The notes: a model not told the origin generated them from the letters alone. DNA of 54,567 nt from an uncultured virus (IMG/VR IMGVR_UViG_3300012953_000018) (IMGVR_UViG_3300012953_000018); one strand, 5' to 3'; positions 9,398-18,275 are shown, numbered from the stretch's first letter. Numbers and translations: made by a program.

Positions 9398-11679
9398 TGG
9401 CAGCCCAAAACTTTAAAATAAAAAACGGATTGACGATTGGTAGTACCGAAGTCATTGATAGTTCAGGTGATTTAACAAATGCAGCCTTTGGTACTGCAGC
9501 TCTAGAAGCAATCGATGACCAAGTAAATTCACTTTTAACAGCAGGCACAGGAATAACATTAACTTATGATGATTCAGCTGGAACTTTAACAGTAGACAGA
9601 GATGCAGAGGTAGGAGATATTGAAGGAGTCACAGCTGGTGACGGACTTTCAGGTGGTGGAACAAGTGGAACAGTATCACTTGCACTTGATCTAAACGAAT
9701 TAACAGCTGCAACAGTAGATGTTGCAAACGACAGTTTACCTTTCATAGATGGTACTGCAACAAGAAAAGAAAGTATTGCAGACTTAGTATCTGCAATGGC
9801 TGGAACAGGTATTACTGCAACTAACGGTGTTCTTTCTGCAACAGTAGGTGATATCACATCAGTTGTTGCTGGAACAAACTTAAGTGGTGGTGGAACATCA
9901 GGAGATGTCACACTTAATGCAGAACAAAAATTAAATAACACAACTGCACCATACTACCATAATGTAGTAGTGACAGTTAGTGGTGGTAAATTCTTATTTG
10001 ACGGACAAACTTCTTCTCAATCTTTGAGATTAATGCCAAGTATCGTCTATAGATTTGACCAATCAGACAGTTCAAACGGTTCACACCCATTAAGATTTTC
10101 TGAATCATCAGACGGTTCAGAAATGTCAGACGGATATACAATTTATAACAAAGTAGGTACACCAGGCTCTGCTGGTTCATACACAGAAGTTGCATTCGAC
10201 CAAGAAGCACCTTCAATCATGTACTTCTACTGTTCAAATCACAGTGGAATGGGGAATTCAGTATACCTTGGAGACGAGAGTGGAGATATCGCAGGAGTCA
10301 CAGCTGGTGACGGTCTCTCAGGTGGTGGTACATCAGGAACAGTAACACTATCACTAAACAGTTCAGTAGCAGGAGATGGTCTTGCACATTCAAGTGGTGT
10401 ATTATCTCTAGACTTAAACGAATTAACAGCAGCCACAGTCGATGTAGCTGCAGATAGTATTCCAATTATTGACGGTACTGCAACTAGAAAAGAAAGTATT
10501 GCAGATGTAGTAACTGCAGTTGCTGGAGATGGTTTATCTTCATCCAGTGGTGTCCTTGCAGTTGGAGTCGATGATAGTTCAATAGAAACAAATTCTGATG
10601 CACTAAGAGTTAAAGCATCAGGTGTTACAAATGCAATGTTGGCTGGTTCGATTGCAAATGCAAAACTATCAAATAGTGCAGTAACAGTTACAGCGGGTGA
10701 CGGTTTATCAGGTGGTGGTTCAGTATCACTTGGTTCATCAGTTGCACTTGCAGTTGGTGTAGATGACAGTTCAATAGAAACAGACTCAGATGTTTTACGA
10801 GTTAAAGCAAGTGGTGTTACAAATTCAATGTTGGCTGGTTCAATTGCAAATGCAAAATTAGCAAACAGTGCAATAACAATCAACTCTAATTCAACTTCAT
10901 TAGGAAGTTCAGTAACTTTAGATACTGGTGATATTGCAGAAAATGGAAACTTATATTACACAAACGAAAGAGTTGACGATAGAGTTGCAGCTCTCATAGT
11001 TGGTGGTTCAAATATCACTGCAACTTATGACGATGCAGCGGGTACATTAACACTTGCTGGTTCGGCTGCATATGGTGATGCAGATGCAAGACAATCGATA
11101 TCAGTCACAGATAATGGTGGAGACGGTTCACTTGCATATAATAACTCTACAGGTGTTATTACATATAACGGCCCAAGTGCATCAGAAGTAAGAGCTCATT
11201 TAAGTGCTGGAACTGGTGTAGGTTATTCAGGTGGTGCAATCAGTATCGGTCAGGCAGTTGCAACATCAAGTAATGTTCAATTTGCAAACTTAACACTATC
11301 AGGTGACTTAACAGTTAACGGAACAACAACAACCGTATCTTCAACCAACTCTGTAATTGCAGATGCATTGATAGAACTAGGAAATGGAACATCAGGTTCA
11401 CCATCAAACGATGCTGGTCTAGTTATCGAAAGAGGAAGTTCAGACAATGTATTCATTGGTTGGGACGAGAGTGCAGATGCAATCACATTCGGTACAGGTT
11501 CATTTACAGGTGCAGATACAGGTAACCTATCGATTACACCAAGTGCAGTTAATACTGGTGCAATCACAATAACCAACGCTACAAACAGTGGTGGTACAGC
11601 AAGGAATGTATATCAATCGACATCAGCTCCGACAGGTTCAGATGGAGCGGTTGGAGATTTATGGATTTTATACTCTTAA
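9397..11679 (+). CDS. Tail fibre-like protein with internal duplications and a cupredoxin-like domain
   Basis: Repeated TAGDGLSGGG, LDLNELTAATVDVA and VDDSSIET..KASGVTN.MLAGSIANAKL blocks. HPLRFS..YFYCSNHSGMG domain. Ends APTGSDGAVGDLWILYS. Confidence 0.7.
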   Translation: MAAQNFKIKNGLTIGSTEVIDSSGDLTNAAFGTAALEAIDDQVNSLLTAGTGITLTYDDSAGTLTVDRDAEVGDIEGVTAGDGLSGGGTSGTVSLALDLNELTAATVDVANDSLPFIDGTATRKESIADLVSAMAGTGITATNGVLSATVGDITSVVAGTNLSGGGTSGDVTLNAEQKLNNTTAPYYHNVVVTVSGGKFLFDGQTSSQSLRLMPSIVYRFDQSDSSNGSHPLRFSESSDGSEMSDGYTIYNKVGTPGSAGSYTEVAFDQEAPSIMYFYCSNHSGMGNSVYLGDESGDIAGVTAGDGLSGGGTSGTVTLSLNSSVAGDGLAHSSGVLSLDLNELTAATVDVAADSIPIIDGTATRKESIADVVTAVAGDGLSSSSGVLAVGVDDSSIETNSDALRVKASGVTNAMLAGSIANAKLSNSAVTVTAGDGLSGGGSVSLGSSVALAVGVDDSSIETDSDVLRVKASGVTNSMLAGSIANAKLANSAITINSNSTSLGSSVTLDTGDIAENGNLYYTNERVDDRVAALIVGGSNITATYDDAAGTLTLAGSAAYGDADARQSISVTDNGGDGSLAYNNSTGVITYNGPSASEVRAHLSAGTGVGYSGGAISIGQAVATSSNVQFANLTLSGDLTVNGTTTTVSSTNSVIADALIELGNGTSGSPSNDAGLVIERGSSDNVFIGWDESADAITFGTGSFTGADTGNLSITPSAVNTGAITITNATNSGGTARNVYQSTSAPTGSDGAVGDLWILYS

Positions 11680-11700
11680 TTGAGTGAGTGAGGAAAATTA

Positions 11701-12678
11701 ATGGCGTCAGGTTCACAGAAGGTTAAAACACCTGCTGGTTGGAATGCAACCCAAGGTGCTTGGGTAAAGACTGCAAGTTCAACTTGGAAGGCAGTAGACC
11801 AAATTTACATAAAGACAGGCCCCGCAACATGGAATAATGCTTCGGGACAAGAAGCTACGCAAATACCTTATCCATATATTGCAAACGCTCAGAACCCAAC
11901 CATTAAACAGACTATTGTAACATATCCGTATATTGCAAATGCACAGGAACCAAATATTAGGAATAGACAAAATCCATATCCTTATATTGCAGATGCTCAG
12001 GAACCTAACATTAGAGATGCAAGACAACCTGCTACATATCAACATAGGTCACCGTTTACATACAGTCACAGGTCACCTTTAACATATGACTACAGGTCTC
12101 CATCTACTTATCAGAATCCAGTGTCAGCACAGGAACCAAACATAAGAGATGCAAGGCAGCCTGCAACTTATCAACATAGGTCACCATATACATATGATTA
12201 CAGGTCTCCATTAACATACAGTTATGGTTCACCTTTTACATATAGGAGTCCAGTAAACGGACAACAACCTAATATTAGGGATGCAAGACAACCTGCGACT
12301 TATCAACATAGAAGTCCTTTTACATACAGTTATGCATCACCTTTCACATATAATTTTAGGTCACCGTTTACATATAGGAGTCCAGTATCAGCACAACAAC
12401 CGAATATCAGGAATTACCAAACACCGTTTACATATCCTGCGAATGCTAGAACACCTGCGACATATCAGGCTCCAGCAAGACAACCGTTCATTGCACAAGG
12501 TAGAAACCCGTTTACTTATCAGGCTCCAGCAAGACAACCATTTATTGCATCGGGAAGAAACCCGTTTACATATCAGGCACCTGCTAGACAACCTAATAAT
12601 GCAAGTTATCAGTCACCGTTTACATATCATGTGAGAACACCGTTTAACCTACCGACGCCAGGTCAACAACAGAAATAA
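11701..12678 (+). CDS. Pro/Gln/Tyr-rich repeat protein, arm 1 of a mirrored pair
   Basis: Trp-rich N-terminal module (WVKT..TWKAVDQIYIKTG..W) followed by 29 [QR]xP units. GAGG RBS. Confidence 0.8.
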   Translation: MASGSQKVKTPAGWNATQGAWVKTASSTWKAVDQIYIKTGPATWNNASGQEATQIPYPYIANAQNPTIKQTIVTYPYIANAQEPNIRNRQNPYPYIADAQEPNIRDARQPATYQHRSPFTYSHRSPLTYDYRSPSTYQNPVSAQEPNIRDARQPATYQHRSPYTYDYRSPLTYSYGSPFTYRSPVNGQQPNIRDARQPATYQHRSPFTYSYASPFTYNFRSPFTYRSPVSAQQPNIRNYQTPFTYPANARTPATYQAPARQPFIAQGRNPFTYQAPARQPFIASGRNPFTYQAPARQPNNASYQSPFTYHVRTPFNLPTPGQQQK

Positions 12679-12696
12679 TGGGGGATATGAAGTAGA

Positions 12697-13545
12697 ATGC
12701 CACAGTTACCTTACATTGCACAAGCGAGACAACCAGTCCCGTTTACAACGCAGACTCCGTTCACATATCCTGCGAACGCACAACAACCGTTTACATATAA
12801 CGCACAGAATCCGTTTACTTATCCAGCAAACGCAAGGCAACCGTTCACCTATAATGCACAGAATCCGTTCACTTATCCAGCGAACTATCAACAACCGTTT
12901 ACTTATCAAGCATCTGCGAGACAACCTAACACATATCATTATAGGTCACCGTTTACATATAGAAACCCAGTAAACGGACAACAACCTCATATTAGAAATG
13001 CACAACAACCTAATATTAGAAGTGCTCAGGAACCTAACATAAGGAACTCTCAGACACCATTTACATATCATTATAGGTCTCCATTTACCTATAGAAATCC
13101 AGTGTCAGCTCAGGAACCTAACATTAGAAACCAACAGGAACCTAATATTAGAAGTATACAGGAACCTAACATAAGGAACAATCAAACTCCGTTCACTTAT
13201 AACTACAGGTCTCCATTCACTTATAGGAATCCAGTAAACGCCCAAGAACCTAATATAAGGAACCAACAGGAACCTAATATCAGAGATAGTCAAGAACCTA
13301 ATATTAGAAATAATCAGACACCGTTTACCTATGACTATAGGTCACCGTTCACTTATCAAAGAACAGGACAAACACCTGATACATATTCATATAGAAGTCC
13401 ATCGACTTATCAGGTGATTGCAAATACGCAGAACCCATATAACTTTAGAAGTCCTTCTACATATGCAAGACAAGGAAGAACTCCTGAACCAAGATGGGAT
13501 GGTGCAGTTCAACAACAGTGGCCAGGGACTCCAATATCCTCATAA
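12697..13545 (+). CDS. Pro/Gln/Tyr-rich repeat protein, arm 2 of a mirrored pair
   Basis: 29 units whose lengths are the exact reverse of those in 11701-12678. Same reading frame, separated by TAA..TGA. Confidence 0.75.
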   Translation: MPQLPYIAQARQPVPFTTQTPFTYPANAQQPFTYNAQNPFTYPANARQPFTYNAQNPFTYPANYQQPFTYQASARQPNTYHYRSPFTYRNPVNGQQPHIRNAQQPNIRSAQEPNIRNSQTPFTYHYRSPFTYRNPVSAQEPNIRNQQEPNIRSIQEPNIRNNQTPFTYNYRSPFTYRNPVNAQEPNIRNQQEPNIRDSQEPNIRNNQTPFTYDYRSPFTYQRTGQTPDTYSYRSPSTYQVIANTQNPYNFRSPSTYARQGRTPEPRWDGAVQQQWPGTPISS

Positions 13546-13566
13546 AATAACACTCTAAATACAAGT

Positions 13567-15129
13567 ATGTTAGAATCAATTAACACACTTGAAAAAGCAC
13601 GCAGAGTTAACTTCAAAAGGACTGCAGAAGAAACCGTTAGGACGCCAGGTACAATAGATGTGGCTGCACTTAATATTGGTCAATATGATTTTGCTAGAGA
13701 AGACACAGAAGCTTCAGTAAACTTCAAAGAAGTATTGACTTATATCATGGGAGAGATGGCACCAATCAGAATAGTCCCATGGAAAAAAATAAAACCACTT
13801 ATGGACTCAGGTGAGTTAATGTCCTTTGGACAATTACATCACAATGCATTTCTATATCACAGATATCTACATGAAGGATGGACTGCCCCATTAAGACCTA
13901 ATCATCCTATCGCTGGTGGATCAATGGATTTCATGAACTCTAAAGGTGAATATCAGAAGTTATCAACTATAAGTGACCATGAAGATTGTAATGAGTTAAA
14001 TGACGAAGAAGAAAACCAAGTTTGTTCAGTATACTATCACGCTGCAAAAGGTCACTGGTTAGTTAATAACATACAGAAAGAAGGATTAAGACATCCTATA
14101 CAAGGTCATACAAACGGTAGTAAACTATCAATACATCCAGGCTCAATTCGTTGTAGAGTATATGAGGTAATGGATGAACCTGAATTTGAAACTGTAGTTA
14201 CTGATTATGAAAACAAGTTTGAAGATGTACCAGCTTTATCTGCAGATGAATTGTTGGAGTATTGGAGAGGTATCGGTAATGGTCAAGGTACACTATCAGC
14301 AATATGGTGTGAACATGAAGGTAAGTTAGAGTTTTCAATATCGACTGTTGCTGGATTAAATTTTAGAGAAGAAGTTTTTGACTTTAATAAAAAGGTTACA
14401 AAACTTTGTAGTGGTAAACCAGTGAACATTTACATTGGTTATGATTCAAATCATCCTGAGTTATTTGATGTATCAGAACGATCCATTCATGCAAGTATTG
14501 AAAGGATGAGGTCAGGGGGAGTTGCATCTGAGTATTTCAATGACTATAAAGTAGAAGTTAAGAAACTTGACATCAATGCAATTTCTGAGTATACTAGAGA
14601 ATATGCAAACCAGTCTACTGAATTTACTTACAGTAGATTCCTAATTCCATATCTAGAAAACTATGAAGGATTTAGTTTTTTCATGGACGATGACTACATA
14701 TGGAGACATAATCCATTAGGATTATTCTATTTCCTAGACCCTGATAATGCAGTAGCTTGTGTTCAATATGATTTTAAAACTCATGCAGAAACAAAATTCA
14801 ACGGAGAGAAGAATGTTTCTTATCCTAAAAAATTATGGTCGAGTATGATGATATTTAATAACTCACATGAAGATTGTAAGAAGTTGACACCTGAAGCAGT
14901 CAATACATGGACGGGTAAACAACTACATCAGTTTGAGTGGACAGATAAGATAAGTAAAATTCCTCATGATAAAATTTGTACTGAGGGATATGAGGAGTCT
15001 TTCAATCAGTCTCACCATGCAATCCATTATACAAGGGGTGGGCCTTGGATAAAAGACATGGATTATTCCCACATAAATATGTTAGAAACATATGACAAAT
15101 ATAAAAACCAATTGCCAAAAGGCAATTAA
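13567..15129 (+). CDS. Two-domain protein: unknown N-terminal domain plus C-terminal GT-A glycosyltransferase
   Basis: IYIGYD, STEFTYSRFLIPYL, FMDDD (DxD), YPKKLWSSMMIFN, LHQFEW, HYTRGGPW are typical of a phage/bacterial GT-A family. Confidence 0.75.
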   Translation: MLESINTLEKARRVNFKRTAEETVRTPGTIDVAALNIGQYDFAREDTEASVNFKEVLTYIMGEMAPIRIVPWKKIKPLMDSGELMSFGQLHHNAFLYHRYLHEGWTAPLRPNHPIAGGSMDFMNSKGEYQKLSTISDHEDCNELNDEEENQVCSVYYHAAKGHWLVNNIQKEGLRHPIQGHTNGSKLSIHPGSIRCRVYEVMDEPEFETVVTDYENKFEDVPALSADELLEYWRGIGNGQGTLSAIWCEHEGKLEFSISTVAGLNFREEVFDFNKKVTKLCSGKPVNIYIGYDSNHPELFDVSERSIHASIERMRSGGVASEYFNDYKVEVKKLDINAISEYTREYANQSTEFTYSRFLIPYLENYEGFSFFMDDDYIWRHNPLGLFYFLDPDNAVACVQYDFKTHAETKFNGEKNVSYPKKLWSSMMIFNNSHEDCKKLTPEAVNTWTGKQLHQFEWTDKISKIPHDKICTEGYEESFNQSHHAIHYTRGGPWIKDMDYSHINMLETYDKYKNQLPKGN

Positions 15130-15140
15130 TATGTTATAAT
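15112..15140 (+). promoter_or_regulatory. Sigma70-type promoter
   Basis: TTGCCA-17 nt-TATAAT with extended TG, upstream of the ATG at 15150. Confidence 0.55.
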
Positions 15141-15149
15141 GAGGATATT

Positions 15150-15707
15150 ATGAATGCATTAATTTATTGTGAAAACGGAAACCTATGGATTAGAAAGCCT
15201 AATGGTTTAGAATGGCAACACGACAATGTCGATAGACCCGAACTTGGGTTTGAATACGAAGTTATTATCTACGATGACATAGAATGTAAAGTAGAAAAGT
15301 GGAATGATGAGGTTCCTTTAGAACAACAAGATAGAATGCCTTTGTCTGAAATAGAGAAAGATGCAATTGAGTCTTACATAGAAAACGCAGAACCACCTCA
15401 CGGTTGTAGTCTCAATCAACAATATGTTGGTAGGATTAGTGAGATAGTTCGTAACAATCAAATACAACAATGTCAGAGATATGGATTCGATGATATGATA
15501 GAAGTATTGATTGCATCTAGAGAGGGTTCAGCACATCCACATAGGTCTAATGCAAGAAGAGCTTTGGAATATATCGATGCAGTAGCGAATGTTGCAGAAG
15601 GTTTATTCAGAGAGATTGCACAAACTAGAGAAGACACTCTCAAAAGTTTAGAAGACTATCTTTTAAATATACCACCACCTTCCGAAGGCCCTGGCTTAGG
15701 TTCATAA
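15150..15707 (+). CDS. Hypothetical protein, possibly tail-fibre assembly chaperone-like
   Basis: C-terminal Q.YGFDD....A.......P....A......D.V pattern resembles phage fibre-assembly proteins. Weak. Confidence 0.4.
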   Translation: MNALIYCENGNLWIRKPNGLEWQHDNVDRPELGFEYEVIIYDDIECKVEKWNDEVPLEQQDRMPLSEIEKDAIESYIENAEPPHGCSLNQQYVGRISEIVRNNQIQQCQRYGFDDMIEVLIASREGSAHPHRSNARRALEYIDAVANVAEGLFREIAQTREDTLKSLEDYLLNIPPPSEGPGLGS

Positions 15708-16394
15708 ATGGAACAGGTCAATGTACATTACATTGATGAGCCTTTCCGTATTGAGGATATGCCACTAGGTAACAATGTTTATGTTGTAGATAACTATCTA
15801 GAAGAAGCAATATTCAAAAAGATAGACCATGAATTGACACATTGTGCATGGCAAAAAACAAATCAAGTCCAAGGTAATAAGAAAGGGAGAGGTGGATTAC
15901 CACAACACTCTTTATGGGGAGCTTGTTTTTTTAATGGTCATGATATGAAAGACGGTCATCTAAGTGGAGAAAATGGATATCGAAATTATTTGTTTAGATA
16001 TCTTGATAGAAAATTAAGAACAGACTTTGGGTTTGATTGGGTTAGATTTCAATACGCTGGAGCAAACTCACAAACTATGGGTCAACATGGAACTTGTCAT
16101 TCAGATTGTCATGAAGATGATGAATGGAATCTTTCTTTTCTATTTTATACCAATCAATTTTGGAATCCAAATTGGGGTGGTAAGTTAAGATTTTATGATG
16201 AAACAATTCAAGGTGGTATAAAAGATTTAATGGATGAACATGAAATAGGTCATGTTGATTTTAAACCTAATAGACTGTTAATGTTTGATGGAAGAATACC
16301 ACATGGTGCAGAAGCACCAACTGAGAAAGCAAGATATATTGATAGGAAATCAATTGTTATTAGAGGTGATGAGATACAATTATGCCAACAATAG
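15708..16394 (+). CDS. 2OG-Fe(II) oxygenase (prolyl-hydroxylase-like)
   Basis: HxD (HSD), WNPNWGGKLRF, FKPNRLLMFDGRIPH, distal R. Confidence 0.8.
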   Translation: MEQVNVHYIDEPFRIEDMPLGNNVYVVDNYLEEAIFKKIDHELTHCAWQKTNQVQGNKKGRGGLPQHSLWGACFFNGHDMKDGHLSGENGYRNYLFRYLDRKLRTDFGFDWVRFQYAGANSQTMGQHGTCHSDCHEDDEWNLSFLFYTNQFWNPNWGGKLRFYDETIQGGIKDLMDEHEIGHVDFKPNRLLMFDGRIPHGAEAPTEKARYIDRKSIVIRGDEIQLCQQ

Positions 16395-17302
16395 AATTTA
16401 GAACATTTAATAAAAAATCCTATCTAGAGTTTAGACCCATTGCAGCCAAACATATGCAACCTGAATGGTGGAAGAAACAAAAGGTTCGTGTAGATCATAG
16501 AGGACGAATGGCACAGACAATTCGTTCTTGTCCATCTATGCAAGACTGGTTGACAATGGGTTACTATATTTGTGCAACAGAAGACATACCAGTAATGAAT
16601 GGAGCCAGTTGGGACTGGCCTGATGGTGGTGAAAGATTTAAAACACTTTGTGAAGAAAAACATTTTTCTCAATCACATCCTTCTGCACAATTACAAGATT
16701 CTATAGAATACTTGGGTGCAGATTCACCAGTAAAAGATGCATTTAAAATATCTTCAAATTGGAATATGAAAACACCCGAAGGGTATTCTGTTTTATTCTT
16801 AGACCCATTTATGTTTGCAAATAAATTCTTTGCATGTTGGCAAGGTGTAATTGATACTGATAGATTCAATATAAATATGGACAATGCTCAGATAATATTT
16901 TATCCGAAGGTAGACCATTCGTTTATAATAGAGGAAGGTACACCTTTAGTCCAAGTCTTTCCTTTTAAAAGAGAAGAATGGTCATCTACATATTATTATC
17001 AGGATGCAGAAATGTGGCATAATAATCATGCAATACATCCTGAGAGTATGCAAAAATGGCAAAGGGAGTTGAAATTGGTTGATACCGAAACAGGTATGCC
17101 GAATGACCAAATTAACATCGGTGGGTATAGAAATGCTAAGATTTGGCAACCCAAATCTAGACTATACTCAAAAGTAGAAGACGGTGGGGAGGAAATGCCA
17201 CCACCTGAATGTCCAGCTCATAAAGACTTTAAAGAAAAGCAGCGTGAGTTAACCGATTTGAATTGGGATGGTTCGGAGTCCAAAAAAATAGATAGAGATT
17301 AG
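16382..17302 (+). CDS. Conserved hypothetical protein of oxygenase clusters (DUF6065-like)
   Basis: PEWWK, CPSMQDWLTMGY, W.MKTPEGYSVLF, GVIDTD, GTPLVQVFPFKRE motifs. Confidence 0.55.
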   Translation: MPTIEFRTFNKKSYLEFRPIAAKHMQPEWWKKQKVRVDHRGRMAQTIRSCPSMQDWLTMGYYICATEDIPVMNGASWDWPDGGERFKTLCEEKHFSQSHPSAQLQDSIEYLGADSPVKDAFKISSNWNMKTPEGYSVLFLDPFMFANKFFACWQGVIDTDRFNINMDNAQIIFYPKVDHSFIIEEGTPLVQVFPFKREEWSSTYYYQDAEMWHNNHAIHPESMQKWQRELKLVDTETGMPNDQINIGGYRNAKIWQPKSRLYSKVEDGGEEMPPPECPAHKDFKEKQRELTDLNWDGSESKKIDRD

Positions 17303-17305
17303 ATT

Positions 17306-17983
17306 ATGTCGTCAGTTAGATTATTGTTTCCCATTCCTCTTTTTGAGTTTAATCTCTTAGAGGAAGGGTTAGTGTCAGAAGAATATCTGCAGTCTTTGAA
17401 GGCAGATATGGATAGACAAAGAAGAAAAGACCCAGTGGGAAGAAAGATATCTAACGCATATACTGGATGGCAGTCCAATGATGGAGTTGAAAGAATTCCA
17501 GTTTGGGGTAAGCTCATGCGTATAATCAAGGACAAATATAATCACGAAGTTTTACCTTGGATGGGTGTTACACAAGCATCCGTTGTAATAGGTAACGCAT
17601 GGGGAAATATAAATGACAGAGGTGCATGGAATAAACCCCATAGACATAATGGATGTTGGATGAGTGGGTCTTTTTATGTTCATGCAGACGGAGATGAAGG
17701 TAACTTTGTTGCAGTAAACAAGAGTGAAAATGTTGTATCAGAGTTCCCACATAACGGTAAAGAAAGGGACATGCATCCAGTCTCACCTATCACAGGAACC
17801 CTGCTATTGTTCCCTAGCGGTCTGCTACATATGGTAGAACCTAATATGACCGATAAAGACCGTTACAGTGTAGCATTCAATACAGAGACATATCGATATA
17901 GTTCAGACCCCCATGCAACCTTCGCTCCATGTGATAATGACTGGAATAAGTTTAGTCTTGATGACCCTAAAGTAAAGGGTTAA
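17306..17983 (+). CDS. Putative 2OG-Fe(II) oxygenase (TIGR02466-like)
   Basis: LFPIP start, SN..GWQS, W.NIN, PHRH, SGSFYV, LLLFPS.L.H.V.PN, RYSVAFN. Confidence 0.8.
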   Translation: MSSVRLLFPIPLFEFNLLEEGLVSEEYLQSLKADMDRQRRKDPVGRKISNAYTGWQSNDGVERIPVWGKLMRIIKDKYNHEVLPWMGVTQASVVIGNAWGNINDRGAWNKPHRHNGCWMSGSFYVHADGDEGNFVAVNKSENVVSEFPHNGKERDMHPVSPITGTLLLFPSGLLHMVEPNMTDKDRYSVAFNTETYRYSSDPHATFAPCDNDWNKFSLDDPKVKG

Positions 17984-18000
17984 ATTACATAAATAATCGT

Positions 18001-18261
18001 ATGGAAATTACGATATCACCCTACATAATTTGGAACCTATTAATGACGGTAATCATTCTCCCACTTGGGTTTCTGATTCGTAATGTATTATCTGAGCAAA
18101 AAAGACTCGACATACTCGTAAATAAAACAAGAGAAGAAATCGCAAGAGATTACGCAACGAGAGAACAAATCGAGGCTGATTTTGAGAGAGTGTTATCTTC
18201 TATTCAGAAGATAGACGAGAAACTAGATAGACTTCAGCACAAAACTTACTTCCAAGAATAG
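18001..18261 (+). CDS. Small membrane-anchored coiled-coil protein
   Basis: N-terminal hydrophobic helix followed by a heptad-rich tail. CATAAATA late-promoter-like element upstream. Confidence 0.6.
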   Translation: MEITISPYIIWNLLMTVIILPLGFLIRNVLSEQKRLDILVNKTREEIARDYATREQIEADFERVLSSIQKIDEKLDRLQHKTYFQE

Positions 18262-18267
18262 AAAAGG

Positions 18268-18275
18268 TATAAATA
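18268..18275 (+). promoter_or_regulatory. T4-type late promoter overlapping a hairpin
   Basis: TATAAATA overlaps the left arm of the 10-bp inverted repeat AATAGTAGTA/TACTACTATT that ends at the gp13 ATG. Confidence 0.75.

Noticed and set aside
11860..13480. Tandem DNA repeats resembling a CRISPR array or a DNA-level inverted repeat
   Set aside because: Units are multiples of 3 nt, vary at synonymous positions, have no unique spacers and are not reverse complements of each other. They are coding repeats.
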